Source: Rhizophagus irregularis (taxonomy: Eukaryota). From it: a DNA stretch of 64,000 bases. The translations under genes and the position numbers were made by a program. Below the pieces are notes generated by a model. The model searched no databases. It saw nothing but the letters and a program-made list of their open reading frames with translations, and had not been told where the DNA came from. Shown one piece after another: positions 52,361-62,901 of the stretch (its first letter is position 1; each line of letters begins with the position of its first letter). The DNA is taken from the NCBI RefSeq assembly GCF_026210795.1, contig NC_089429.1, positions 7,440,001-7,504,000 of the forward strand, given 5' to 3'.

Positions 52361-53158
52361 ATGTCGACATCAACACCAATTCCAGTTTATACTCCTTCAG
52401 AACCTACTGGACCGCCTCCTGCACACTTGGTCAATGAAAAAGATGATGATGAATTAGTTAGAATACTAAAGGCTCATGCAAATTTATTGACTACCAGGGG
52501 TCGTTTAACTGTTGATTCAGAGATACAGGAGGCAAATAATCAAATCAAACATATTATTAATATATTAATGTATCGCTGTAAAGCAAAACATGAAGAACTT
52601 GGTATTACAAAAGATTTGTTAGTTTTTGCACAAGGTAAGATAAATGCATTTGATGAAACGTTTACTAATTTAGAACGTCAATTAGTTATTATACGTGCTG
52701 CCAATGATAATTTCATAGAAGAAAACCATAACCTGCAAAGAGATTATGATACTATGGTAGAGCTTCGTCGACGGGCTATAGGTGAACGTAATCAGGCACG
52801 ACATGAACGTAATGTATTACAAGCAGATTATACTCAAGCAGTAAAGGATCGTAATGAGGCTCAAAATGCTGTGAATCGTGGTAATATCCTTTTAAATCAT
52901 TGGCGGCTGAGGGCTACTCGGACTGGAGGACAACTTGTATTGGTTAATGCGCAACTTGGACAGGTTAATGCACAGCTAGCACATGCTAATAATAGGGTGC
53001 GTTTTGGGATTCAGACATTAGGGAGACTTAGGAATAGACTTTTCCAACAGATAGCTGCTCTTAGAATTCAGGTACAATGGTTTCGAATTAGACAATTGAA
53101 CCCTCCTCCACCTCTTTTAAACAATCCACTAGAGACGATATGGCTACCACTGCGATAG
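52361..53158 (+). CDS. Coiled-coil protein, probably the N-terminal part of the Gag-like polyprotein
   Basis: Heptad-rich helix ending in a PPPP linker, overlapping the Gag ORF by 19 nt. Confidence 0.65.
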   Translation: MSTSTPIPVYTPSEPTGPPPAHLVNEKDDDELVRILKAHANLLTTRGRLTVDSEIQEANNQIKHIINILMYRCKAKHEELGITKDLLVFAQGKINAFDETFTNLERQLVIIRAANDNFIEENHNLQRDYDTMVELRRRAIGERNQARHERNVLQADYTQAVKDRNEAQNAVNRGNILLNHWRLRATRTGGQLVLVNAQLGQVNAQLAHANNRVRFGIQTLGRLRNRLFQQIAALRIQVQWFRIRQLNPPPPLLNNPLETIWLPLR

Positions 53159-54574
53159 GATTGCCGATTTTTGAGGGTAAAGCTACTGACGATGTTGATA
53201 CATTTGTTAGGCTTTATATGGGTTATCTTGATACTATTAATCTTAACCCATACGCTGCTGGAGGGCCACCAGAGTCTTGGAAAAAAGCTATGGGTATACT
53301 TAGAAGCTGCATGGCTGGTGAAGCGGCTGAATGGTTTGATCGAGAAATTACAGGAAAAAAATTGGGAACTTTCTGGTATCACTTCAAGAGGTGGAGCTAA
53401 TTTAGCTGCTTTTGTAGCATTAGTAATACCAGAAGGTGCAGGAGGACCAAATGCAGGTACCTATGTAAATGAATTGAAGAAATGCATGTTTATCCTACAG
53501 ATGGAGCTAATGCATTAGTAACTATTAGAGCAGCATTTATTCCTACCCATGATTTAATAGGTGGAGATAAAGCTTGGGGAAGAGCTGGTGCTCGTCCGAC
53601 AGATAGAGCTGCTCCAGCTACTGCAGATGCTGGTGTTGCTGCTAATAATAATCGTTCTATAGTTTTTCCAGGTATTAAACCTAACCAGGCGCTTTATTGG
53701 CTTAGAACACAATTTCCAACTATTTTAGATGAAAAGAAACGTATCCGTTTTAACAGTCTTTATCAGGAAAATGAGCCAGTCGATGCATTTTATAGAACTG
53801 TAAAGAGAGCTGGAAAATTACTAAAACTAACTGATGATCTTATTATTGACCAGTTCTTTAGAGGTCTTTTGGCTGATAATATTTTTGAAGCAGAAAGGTT
53901 TAGTAATCTTAATCCTGATGACTTGGTTAAACATCTGAGAAATTTAGAACGGAGAAGGGCTGAAATGCGCTTGGGGTTACAAGATAGAAATCGACGACTT
54001 CAAGCAGATTACAGTGATGTAACTCAACCTCCGTTAGGAAAACAGGAACCTGTCGTACTGACATCAAAGTCATCTGGGGTTACTCAAGAACAATTACAAG
54101 AGTTACTTAAGGCTCAAGCTGAGGAACTTACCAAGAATTTTCAGGTGCAATTTAAACAATTACAGGCTCGGCCAGTTCGTAATCCACCAGTCTATAGACG
54201 GCAGATTAAACCTGTTCGACCAAAACCACAGAGACGTGTTGTTCGGGATCCTCAGGATCCCTGATTGGGATGATGGTTATGTAGATCATGATGTTGGTGA
54301 TGACCCTGATGCTCCTGAGTGGACTTTGGATGATCATCAAAATGCTATTGATCTTATTATGGGATATAAACGTGGGACGTCTAAAATACTTACAAAACAA
54401 CTTCAGAAGGCTAAAGATAGACATAATGATCTGGATTTGGCCCGAGCAATGAGAAACCTCGATCTTAATGATGATGCTATGGACATTGATACTGCGAGTT
54501 TTGGTGAAAAGGTAGAATTGAGAGAAAAAGATGGTGATGTCTATATGGTTCGTGTTGGGTCAAAAAAAAAGTAG
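53140..54574 (+). CDS. Ty3/gypsy-like Gag (capsid) protein, in four ORF pieces separated by single-base frameshifts
   Basis: LPIFEGKATDDVDTFV (PxFxG...dvxxF), ILRSCMAGEAAEWF (LxGxAxxWf), WLRTQFP, major-homology-like LYQENEPVDAFYRTVKR, DQFFRGL, and DDAMDID near the end. No CCHC knuckle. Confidence 0.8.
54565..54574 (+). promoter_or_regulatory. Candidate -1 ribosomal frameshift site (A AAA AAG TAG) joining Gag to protease
   Basis: Slippery heptamer directly before the Gag stop; the -1 frame is open from here to 55311. Confidence 0.5.
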
Positions 54575-55311
54575 GTTCGAGTATCTCAAAACTTCTTAAG
54601 TCGTCCCCAAATAAGACAGCAGTTAGCTCTTCTAGTGTGCCATTGAAAGGCAAAGTAACCTCTGTTAAGATTCCTGTGAAAGTTACTGGTAGTAAGTCTA
54701 CACCTGCAAAAGCTGTTACTAAGAATGATTTATTAAGCCTGTTAAGGTCTGCAGACTTTAGGAAATTACTCCGTGAGATTCTTCAGGAGGAGTTATTGTC
54801 TGCTAGAAAAGTCACAGAGATTCCGGAGGACCTAGTTGAGGAGGAACAAGAAGAGGATATCAGGGTAGATGATCCTATGGATATTGACATAGCTCGTTTA
54901 GAGAATACTAAAGATCTTTTAGCACTGGATGGGGAGGTTAATGGAATAGCAATTCAGTGTTTAGCAGACACTTGTGCTAATGCGTCTTTTATTCAGAGAG
55001 AAGCTGCTGAGGAATTAGGGTTGGATATCGACAAGAGTATTACATATAACATATCTGGTGCTTCAGGAACAGGTAGGACATTCGGCATGGTAAAGGGAGT
55101 GACAATCAAACTTACCCCTGATTATGCTATCACTGAGGACCTTGCAGTCTTAAGTGGTTACAAGCATAGGGAAATTGGGTTAAGCCGAACGTGTCTGAAA
55201 CGTTACAATTATGATGTCCATGAATCACGTGAACATATAGCCTTTACCTGTGATGGGAAGAATGTTTTTATCCCGATAGTTCCTGATGCTAATCGAGGGG
55301 ATAAAAAATAA
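54571..55311 (+). CDS. Retropepsin-like aspartic protease (DTC variant of the DTG motif)
   Basis: LALDGEVNGIAIQCLADTCANASFIQREAAEELGL, flap ISGASG, and IGLSRTCL at the ILGxDxL position. Confidence 0.85.
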   Translation, partial: VGSSISKLLKSSPNKTAVSSSSVPLKGKVTSVKIPVKVTGSKSTPAKAVTKNDLLSLLRSADFRKLLREILQEELLSARKVTEIPEDLVEEEQEEDIRVDDPMDIDIARLENTKDLLALDGEVNGIAIQCLADTCANASFIQREAAEELGLDIDKSITYNISGASGTGRTFGMVKGVTIKLTPDYAITEDLAVLSGYKHREIGLSRTCLKRYNYDVHESREHIAFTCDGKNVFIPIVPDANRGDKK

Positions 55312-55336
55312 GACCCTTTAATTCTTCTATTTTTTT

Positions 55337-56464
55337 TTATTCCCAAAATTTGCGAATTAAGTCAGGGACATCCTCCTTCAACCGGTCAGCAGGTTCCTAA
55401 GTAGCCTCAGTGTCTGGATAGCGCTCCCACTTAACCAAATACTGGTCTTGACCTTTTCTAATGCGATGCCGAAGTATCTGCTCAGGAACAAATCTTTCAG
55501 GTTGTCCTCTTATCACAGAGTCAGGTGGAGGCTTTTCATTAATAGGAACTACTTGCAATTCCTTTCGGGTATATGCACATCTGGATACACCTAATCGACC
55601 ATGTGGTCCATTAAGGAGATATGTAGGAGGCTGTTCGGGTGAGAGTATCATTTTTTTGATTACACGAATGTTTGGGTTCCATCTTATGTCTCCTGTACGG
55701 AATTTTCCGTGAAGTTTATTACCGAGTACTGAGATAGGTTCATCTAACTTGACTCTGACACGTGCTCCTTCAGAGAGGAGATCCGTCTTTTTTGACACTT
55801 TGGGTGATCCTGTCGGAATGTCTGGGGGATTTCTCTGCCAGAGTTCATTTACTTTACTCACTATATTATGGAAATCTTCTGACCATTCCACGGATGTCAC
55901 CCCGGTTTTCAACTCCTGTGCTACCATTCGTTTAAGAAGGGGTTCTTGGATGGCTTGGATAGCTCTTTCAGCATAAGATTGCTGTTTATGCCTTCCTGGC
56001 TCTCCGAACCTTATCATTACCCCTAGGCTGTTCAGGAAAAAATCACGTACCTGGTTGTTAGTGAATTCTGATCCGGAGTCTGTCTCCAGTCTGTGTGTTG
56101 GTGGCTTAATACGATTTCTTCTGTAGATTTTGACAAACCCGTTTAAAACTCTATTTGCAGTCTTATCCTTTAGGGGTTCTGCATCAACTCTCTTTCCTGC
56201 AACTTTCACCACTACGAGAAAATAGTGGAATCCTTTGGGGTCAACTGGCATCTCTGCAAGATCTGCCTGATGTGTTGCATTTGGTTTCCATACAATTACC
56301 TTTGGGCGTTCTGTTGACTTTTCCTTTAGGGGCTTTTTGTATAGGTTGTAGTGCTCTTCACCTTTTAGAATTTGTACTGGTACTCCGGAGAGATTGTAGT
56401 ACTTATAGTAATTCTCTAAGTGTGACATATTACAACAAATTAAAGGAATGGTTTTAGACTTCAA
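55337..56464 (-). CDS. Retroviral-type (rve) DDE integrase with C-terminal chromodomain; one premature TAG at 55397-55399
   Basis: HQADLAEM, LETDSGSEF, QSYAERAIQ catalytic triad; chromodomain FVPEQILRHRIRKGQDQYLVKWERYPDTEAT*EPADRLKEDVPDLIRKFWE (stop sits at the conserved Trp). Confidence 0.93.
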
Positions 56465-56472
56465 ATCTTAAA

Positions 56473-56794
56473 ATGACACGTTTTTACTGCCTAAAGTGCA
56501 AGAAGGAAACTGAGACGGCTAGTGAAATACAAGATATGATTACAAATGGGCGTTACCGGCTGCATGGTGACTGCACAATTTGTGGTATGCATAAGAATAC
56601 TTTTACTGGAATAGACTGGGTGATCAAAGAAGAAGACTAAGGAGAAAAAGAAAGAAACCGCTGCTAAGAGACAGCAGACGGCTTACAATCGGCAATGCAA
56701 AAAACTTGGACAGAAAATCTTAGATTCTGATGACGCGTGTAAACAGTGTATTGATAAATGCCTTAAGGAGGCAAAAAAGAGGAAGACGGATTAG
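56473..56794 (+). CDS. Small Zn-ribbon protein (DUF5679-like), missing from the ORF track; first frame stops at 56640, probable frameshifted tail to 56794
   Basis: MTRFYCLKCKKETET...TNGRYRLHGDCTICGMHKNTF. Confidence 0.75.
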
Positions 56795-56833
56795 TACTGT
56801 CTTCTAAACTTATCTGAATATGCTCTATTCTCA

Positions 56834-57296
56834 ATACCCATTGTTCAATTACTTATTTTTTCTGACGGGGGCGGGATGGGGTTGGTCTTACTGGCTCTAT
56901 AGACCTTCTAGGGGCTTACCTACTAATTTACCTGGTTTGCTGTCTCACTGCTTCCAATAGATTATTAGACAGAATCCTGACTTGTTCCAGATGTTCCGGA
57001 TGTGGCGGATCTGGGGGGGTAAAAATAAAACTTTTTCTGGGGGATGTCCTCTCATAATTTTTCTGAAACATCTGCCACATCTGCCACATCCGGGACAACC
57101 CTCTCATTATATCCGTTATTCCTTCCTTTTCTATTGTTTTCTAGTTATTTGGTATATATATTTATTCCATATGTTGTCCCAGATTGTGGCGGATATATGG
57201 GGATTCCTGATCCCCCGTAGGGGGGAAGGAGGTACTGCGAGGCCGTGAGGCCGAGGTGGGTGGAGCGGTAGCGAGACCCACATCCAGCCCGACGAC
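56834..57296 (-). repeat. Right terminal inverted repeat (463 bp)
   Basis: Reverse complement of 42720-43183. Confidence 0.97.
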
Positions 57297-60200
57297 ATAA
57301 CACATTTCCAATCAATTGTTTTTCCTCCGTTGGTCTGCTATTCTTCTATCGCCTCTTTCCTTGCTCGATGGCAACATGCTTACACTCCTCTTCTTAGTGT
57401 ATCTGCTTCTATATATGATCCTGTTTTGGCACCTATTTCTTTACATGAATGGTCTGATGTAATCTCCTCCATGCCAAATAACAAAGCTTCCGGCCCTTCA
57501 AAAATTTCTTATGAAATGATAAAACATTTGTCCAATGAAGCCTTGGATTTCTCTCTTTTACTTGCCAATGCCTGTCTCTCCTGTGGTGATATTCCTGCCG
57601 ATTGGCGTGAAGCCGTGGTTTACCCTATTCCTAAGCCCCATGATTTTGATGCTCAACTCAAGAACACTCGACCTATTACCCTTCTGGAAACTGTTCGAAA
57701 TGTGTAGTTAAGGTCGTCACTAATCGTCTATCCAACATTCTTGCTAATAATAAAGTTCTTCAAGGAGGTAACTTTGCTGGTTTACCTGGTGGTTCTACAG
57801 ATGTTCCTATCAAAATGCTTGATGCAATTATTCATCAACAAAAATATGACTCTACTGATAATCAGGAACTATGGATTGTTTCTCAAGACATCTCTAAAGC
57901 TTTTAATTCTATGGATTTGAATATGCTTAAATTAGCTTTAGTTAGATTACATATCCCTGCACTTTTAGTGCAATTTATTTTAAATCTTTTTACACGACGT
58001 AATAATAAAATTATTACTTGTCATGGTGATACTGCTGCTTATCATGTACGTGTTGGTATCGATTAAGGTGAAATTATTTCCCCTTTGCTTTAGGTTATTT
58101 ATCTGGATCCCCTACTTGCTGTTTTGAATCAAGAAGCTCGAAATCCTTTTATTTTAAAATCTTCGGCTTTATTAGAATATTCTTTACTTGAATTTGAATA
58201 ACATCCTTTACCTGTTTTACATTTGACATTTATAGATGATTCTACACTTATTGCTTCTTCGAAGTCTGGCATTGAAGATCGTCTTTCTATTACTGCTAAA
58301 TTTTATACTTTGAATAATATTCAAGCTAATTCAGCAAAATATGTTCTTCTTTCATCTTTTTCCCCTTCTTCGAAGATTGTTTTTGATCTTTCACCTTCTC
58401 CTTTGATTATTGAATCTTCTCTTCCTCTTTCTTCATTAGCTCTTAATACTTCGTTTCGATTCTTAGGAGTTTGGTTTTCTTTATCTGCTTCACCTCAATT
58501 TGTACTTAAACAGGCACGCTTTATGGTTAAAGATATGGCTGCTCTTCTTGGTCCTAAAAAGTTATTGGCACAACATGTAGCCTATCTCTACAATGCTGTC
58601 CTTCTCTTGAGATTGGAATTTCGTCTACAAACCACACTTTTTTCTGAAAATACAATCCAGTCAATTGTTACGCCCATGTTCTCAGTTTTACAGAAAAAAG
58701 CTGGACTTGCTGTGACTACTCTGTTGGCTTTGTTATTTCTCAAGCTTCCTTTCTCTTTTTACCGGCTTCTTTCCTCTCATATCGCATCCTGGCAAAAGAT
58801 ATTTACTCATCCTGATTTTTGAGACTTTGTCCTTTATGCTATTTCCTACCTTCAAGGATATTTAGGTGCTGAAAGTTGCCCTGCCACTATTAACTTGGAA
58901 CCTTGGTCTCAAATTGTTTCTCTTCGGACACATACCTTGTTTAATTCATTGTTGTTTTCTTTACGATTGAATATTGCTTGATTTCTCCCTTTCTGACCTC
59001 TGAGGCGGAATTTACAATTAGCTTTGCCGCTTCAATCGATTTTACCTCATTCGATTTTTCAGACTGAAACTCTAGAAAAATTTGAACATTTTTGTACTTG
59101 CCCAGTTGGCTTCCCCTTGTGGACGTTATCTTATGAATTGGTCTGATCTTCGTTATCTTGGTATTGTTGGTCGTAAAGGACGGATTCCTTCTTGGTTTAA
59201 TTTTATTAAAAATAATTTTCTTTCTTCAGTTGATTCTTCTTTATTTTTGACTTCATATTTTATTAATTCTTCTTTTACAATAGCTTCACTTTGTTTACTA
59301 GATGATACTATTAAAGATTATCATTTTTATCCTCAATGGGCTGTTAATTTTAACTCTGCTACTCAAACTTTATCTGTTGGCCGTGTGTGTATCACTTACA
59401 GGAAACAAGACTCTGTTATTATGTCTCATTGGCTTCCTGTATCTACTTCGGCTGATGAACGATCCTATAACCCTTGTCCTGGATGTTCTTTTAATATCCC
59501 CACTTTATCCAAGAAATCTGCAATTAAACAATGCTGTAATAGCGAAAAGTGCTTTTTTAACGTAATCCTATCGGAAACTGTGGGTTATCCTACCAGAAAC
59601 ACCAAAGTATTTGCGGCTTACCTTCCCATAACTTTATCTACTTTATGGAGCTATGCTACTTCTCTGGCCCTTGTTCGCTTGACAAATCCACCCTTGTCTG
59701 CTTCTTCCGCTCTTTCTTCTTCTTTCATGGCGAGGATTGAAGATGATGTCTTACCCCTTTCTGTGCAATCTTTATATACCGATGGCTCTTTCCATCCTGC
59801 TAAGGACTCTTCACCTTCTTCTATGACCTCTGCTTGGCTTGCTCTTGATGATGACAGACTTATTCTTGAATCTTCATCTTTGCACCTGCCTTCATGTTTT
59901 CCTTCTGCTTTGCACTCTGAGATCTATGCTGTGGTATTAAGACTAAACGCTCTTTCCCGTAGCTCTTCAATCTCTATTTATACCGATTGTAGTCAATTGA
60001 TTTTATTATGGACACGCTTTGTTGATGCTCCTTTTTCACTAAAGTTACTTCGTGAACCTAATCATCTTCTTTGGCTTTCTATTCGACACCTTATTTTGGA
60101 TCATAATCTTAAAATTGATTTGATTAAAGTCCCTGCTCATGGTGATGACATCTATAATATACAAGCGGATTCTCTGGCAAAAGATGCTCATTCGTCTTTG

Positions 60201-61156
60201 CAACCTGCCGTCTCTCCTTTGGCGTTTGTTTATGCTCCATGCTTGTTATCTTTTAATTCCCTGCCTATTGACATAATATTCGTCACTTCCTTCGCTCTAT
60301 TGCGGATGCTCGTGCTCTTTTATCGTTCTATTCAATGGTACGCTTTACTGCTCTTGATTCTCTTTCTCTTTTCGATTGGGCTGGTATACACTTCTGCCTT
60401 TCACAAATTAAAGGTTTTGCTTCACATAAGAATGGTCGTCCTGAATTTTGGATCTTCCGTATCAAACTCCTTTTAGATATACTGCCTACTTTAACTACTC
60501 TTCAACAACGCAAACCTTATTTATACTCTTCAGATTGGCTTTGTTCACAGTGCAATTCTGCTCCAGAAGATTTGAACCATCTTTGGACTTATCCATATAT
60601 CCTCCCTGATCTCAATCCATACCTAACACATTGTTCTGAAGTGATTAAATTCAGAGATTCCTGCTTATCTGCGTTTTTATCCCTGAAATCATTGGATGTT
60701 GCTTTCCAGACTGGATTCTCTGCCTTAGACTGTTGGAACTATGACACTCCTTCTTTGTCATGTCTTTGGCTCATTAGAGGATTGTTACCTGCGCATTTAA
60801 CGATATTTTTGAAACAATACTTTCCTCTCTCTGTTATATACAAGACTATTTCTCCTCTTCTTAATGATTTCCAGGTCGAACTTTATGGTGAAATTTGGTT
60901 ATGTCGGAATGTTCTTTTCCATGCTTGGGAGAAGTCGCAGGGTATCTCAGCTGCTTCTAAATTACGTGGCCCACCTTCATATTTTTCTTTTACTACTATT
61001 TCCCCACAAAATAACAACTCTTCTTTGGCGACAGTTTCTCAGGATTCCTGGATTTCTTGGATATCCTCTTCTATAATTCGGGATGGATCATGGATCTCGC
61101 ACTTGGATTTTCTGCGCCGCTTAACAGTTCAACCTCTTAGGATTTCTTTTCGGTAA
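57297..61156 (+). pseudogene. LINE ORF2 3' part: reverse transcriptase, RNase H, C-terminal Cys/His motif
   Basis: KASGPS, RPITLLE, QDISKAFNS, GID*GEIISPLL, FIDDS, FRFLGV (RT); YTDGS, SEIYA, YTDCS, KVPAH, NIQADSLAK (RNase H); CSQC..EDLNHLW. Many stops. Confidence 0.93.
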
Positions 61157-61425
61157 CGGACTGGATTTTTTGATGTTAGATAGTTGACTCACACTGACCT
61201 TCGGGTAAAGTTGAGGTATGCGATTCTGTAATAGTTTAGTTTTTCTTTGCTTTATTTTATTTTAGTTTAGATTTCTTTACTTGTATGAGTCGTGAAGCTA
61301 CTCTTTTTATTTTTTATTCGTTTATTTTCTTATTTTTATAATATTGTTCGATTTCATTTTCGAAGTTAAAATATAAATAAAAGATAAAGTCAAAAGACTG
61401 TTTGCACAGGAAAAGGATAAAACTA

Positions 61426-61851
61426 GGGTTGGTCACCCTATCTTGGTGGTTAGTCACTGAGACCCTCATTAAGCCTGAGTATGGTGAGGTCGCAGGTTCG
61501 ATCCCCATGACCACGGAACTAAAAAAGAATTTTACTGCGAACGCTACAACCAATAGCGTGAAGGTACAGGGATTAGTGTAGTTGGACTGCATCATGGTGA
61601 ATTAGTGTGTACGGTTAGGCCGCACATTTCAACTAAGGGTCATGGTGTCCTTCTAACGTTCCCTATGAGGCCATTGGCATGTGCGCAGTCCTGTCCTTGA
61701 GGTCACTACTATACCTTGGGGTAAAGTGGTGCTGTTACCTGAGAAATTAAGTACTCGGTATAATGGTTGCCTAGTGAAGATGATAGGACATAAACCCGAG
61801 GTTAGTCTCATAAAAGGCAATAGGTAGTCTGGCCGTAAAAACTAGCAAAGA
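61426..61851 (+). mobile_element. tRNA-derived SINE
   Basis: A-box-like tatcttggtggttag and B-box ggttcgatccc in the 5' head; 15-bp duplication aaaaggataaaacta at 61411-61425 and 61852-61866. Confidence 0.8.
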
Positions 61852-62594
61852 AAAAGGATAAAACTACTACCATTCAATTCGTTTCAGTGAGATGATTCTA
61901 ACAAGCTATGATACATCTTTGTACGATTATTAGATGCCAAGTTATTTAATATATTCTTTATATAACTGTGATTATAAATGGTTCTTTTTAATATAAGATT
62001 TTTAAGGATAGGTGTGATAGTGACTATAGATAGATTGTGACTATATAGGATAGATTTTAATAATAAAGTGTTTTGAACATTCAACTGGTGTGACTATATA
62101 GTAGAATGTGACTATAACGGGAGTGACTATAGAGGGAGTTGACTGTAGTTGATATTCTCTTGCACTTTTTACATTGCAATTGATTTGTATATCCAAAAAT
62201 TATAATACTATAATCGCATAAATTGGTTGATTTAGAGGTATAAGGGGAGTCACAAACGTAGCCTGAAATATTTAAATACTTGAGGGTTGAGGGTAACTTT
62301 ATCGCATTACGTGGAAATGATGGATAACTCATGGTTAAATAGGTTAATGTGTCTTGCCAATACCTAAAAAAAATAAATAAAAAAAAAATATTAAAAAATT
62401 TTTTTTTAAAAAAAATGAAGTTTCAAAAAAATGAAACTTTTGAAACTTACGTGAAGGGTCTCCCCGGCCGATAACTAAAAAAATATTAAAAAAAAATATT
62501 AATTTTTTTTTTAAAAAAACAAAGTTTTGAAAGTTTGAAGAATGAAACTTTTGAAACTTACTGTAAAAGGTCTCACCAATACCAATTAAAAAAA

Positions 62595-62901
62595 GGAAAT
62601 AAAATTTGTGCGCACCCGCGCATGTGCGCACCCCTCCATTTTTGGTAATTTTTATATAGTAAATTTGTCGATCATTATTTATCACGTGACTTTAGTAAAA
62701 TCCCGATTTTTTTAAATATTCATGCCGCAACTCTTACGTATATATTATAGAGCCTTAAAAATTTATTTACTATGTGTATTTTTGCCTATTCTACAACTTT
62801 ACTTAATGAGTCATGAAGGATTTAGAATGTTATTTTTGACTTTTATATATAATATATCCATGGGATGCGCACATACGCAGGTGCGCACAAATTTTAAACC
62901 C
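62595..62901. mobile_element. Mutator-like MITE
   Basis: TIR ..taaaatttgtgcgcacccgcgcatgtgcgcaccc / gggatgcgcacatacgcaggtgcgcacaaatttta..; 9-bp duplication ttaaaaaaa at 62586-62594 and 62902-62910. Confidence 0.75.

Larger units (their letters stand above)
42720..57296. mobile_element. Polinton/Maverick-like self-synthesising element carrying a retroelement-type Gag and aspartic protease instead of jelly-roll capsid genes (14,577 bp)
   Basis: Long TIRs; 5-bp duplication ATAAC at 42715-42719 and 57297-57301; removal restores LINE ORF2 (KQAAIT-HFQSIV); pPolB, SF3 helicase, A32 ATPase and integrase ORFs; visibly higher GC than flanks. Confidence 0.93.
39683..61340 (+). mobile_element. Non-LTR retrotransposon (LINE, APE-RT-RNase H), 5'-truncated and decayed, interrupted by a MITE and the 14.6-kb TIR element; ends approximate
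   Basis: ORF1 remnant followed by ORF2 domains in canonical order on the same strand; pyrimidine-rich sense strand throughout. Confidence 0.9.

Noticed and set aside
52361..56464. Gag, protease and chromo-integrase as a nested LTR retrotransposon
   Set aside because: No LTRs, primer-binding site, RT or RNase H, and no target duplication around the block. The integrase is on the opposite strand to gag/protease and lacks an HHCC finger, as in Polinton integrases.
57297..60300. RT/RNase H as the missing pol of the Gag-bearing element
   Set aside because: They lie outside the right TIR and are continuous with the APE domain on the left side of the insertion, so they belong to the host LINE.
61430..61515. 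Functional tRNA gene
   Set aside because: D and anticodon arms pair poorly, there is no oligo-T terminator, and it heads a 426-bp unit flanked by a 15-bp duplication, so a SINE is the better explanation.
61884..62332. Leucine-rich-repeat/F-box gene fragment on the minus strand
   Set aside because: Only one LxxLNISG-like motif amid broken frames; too weak to call.
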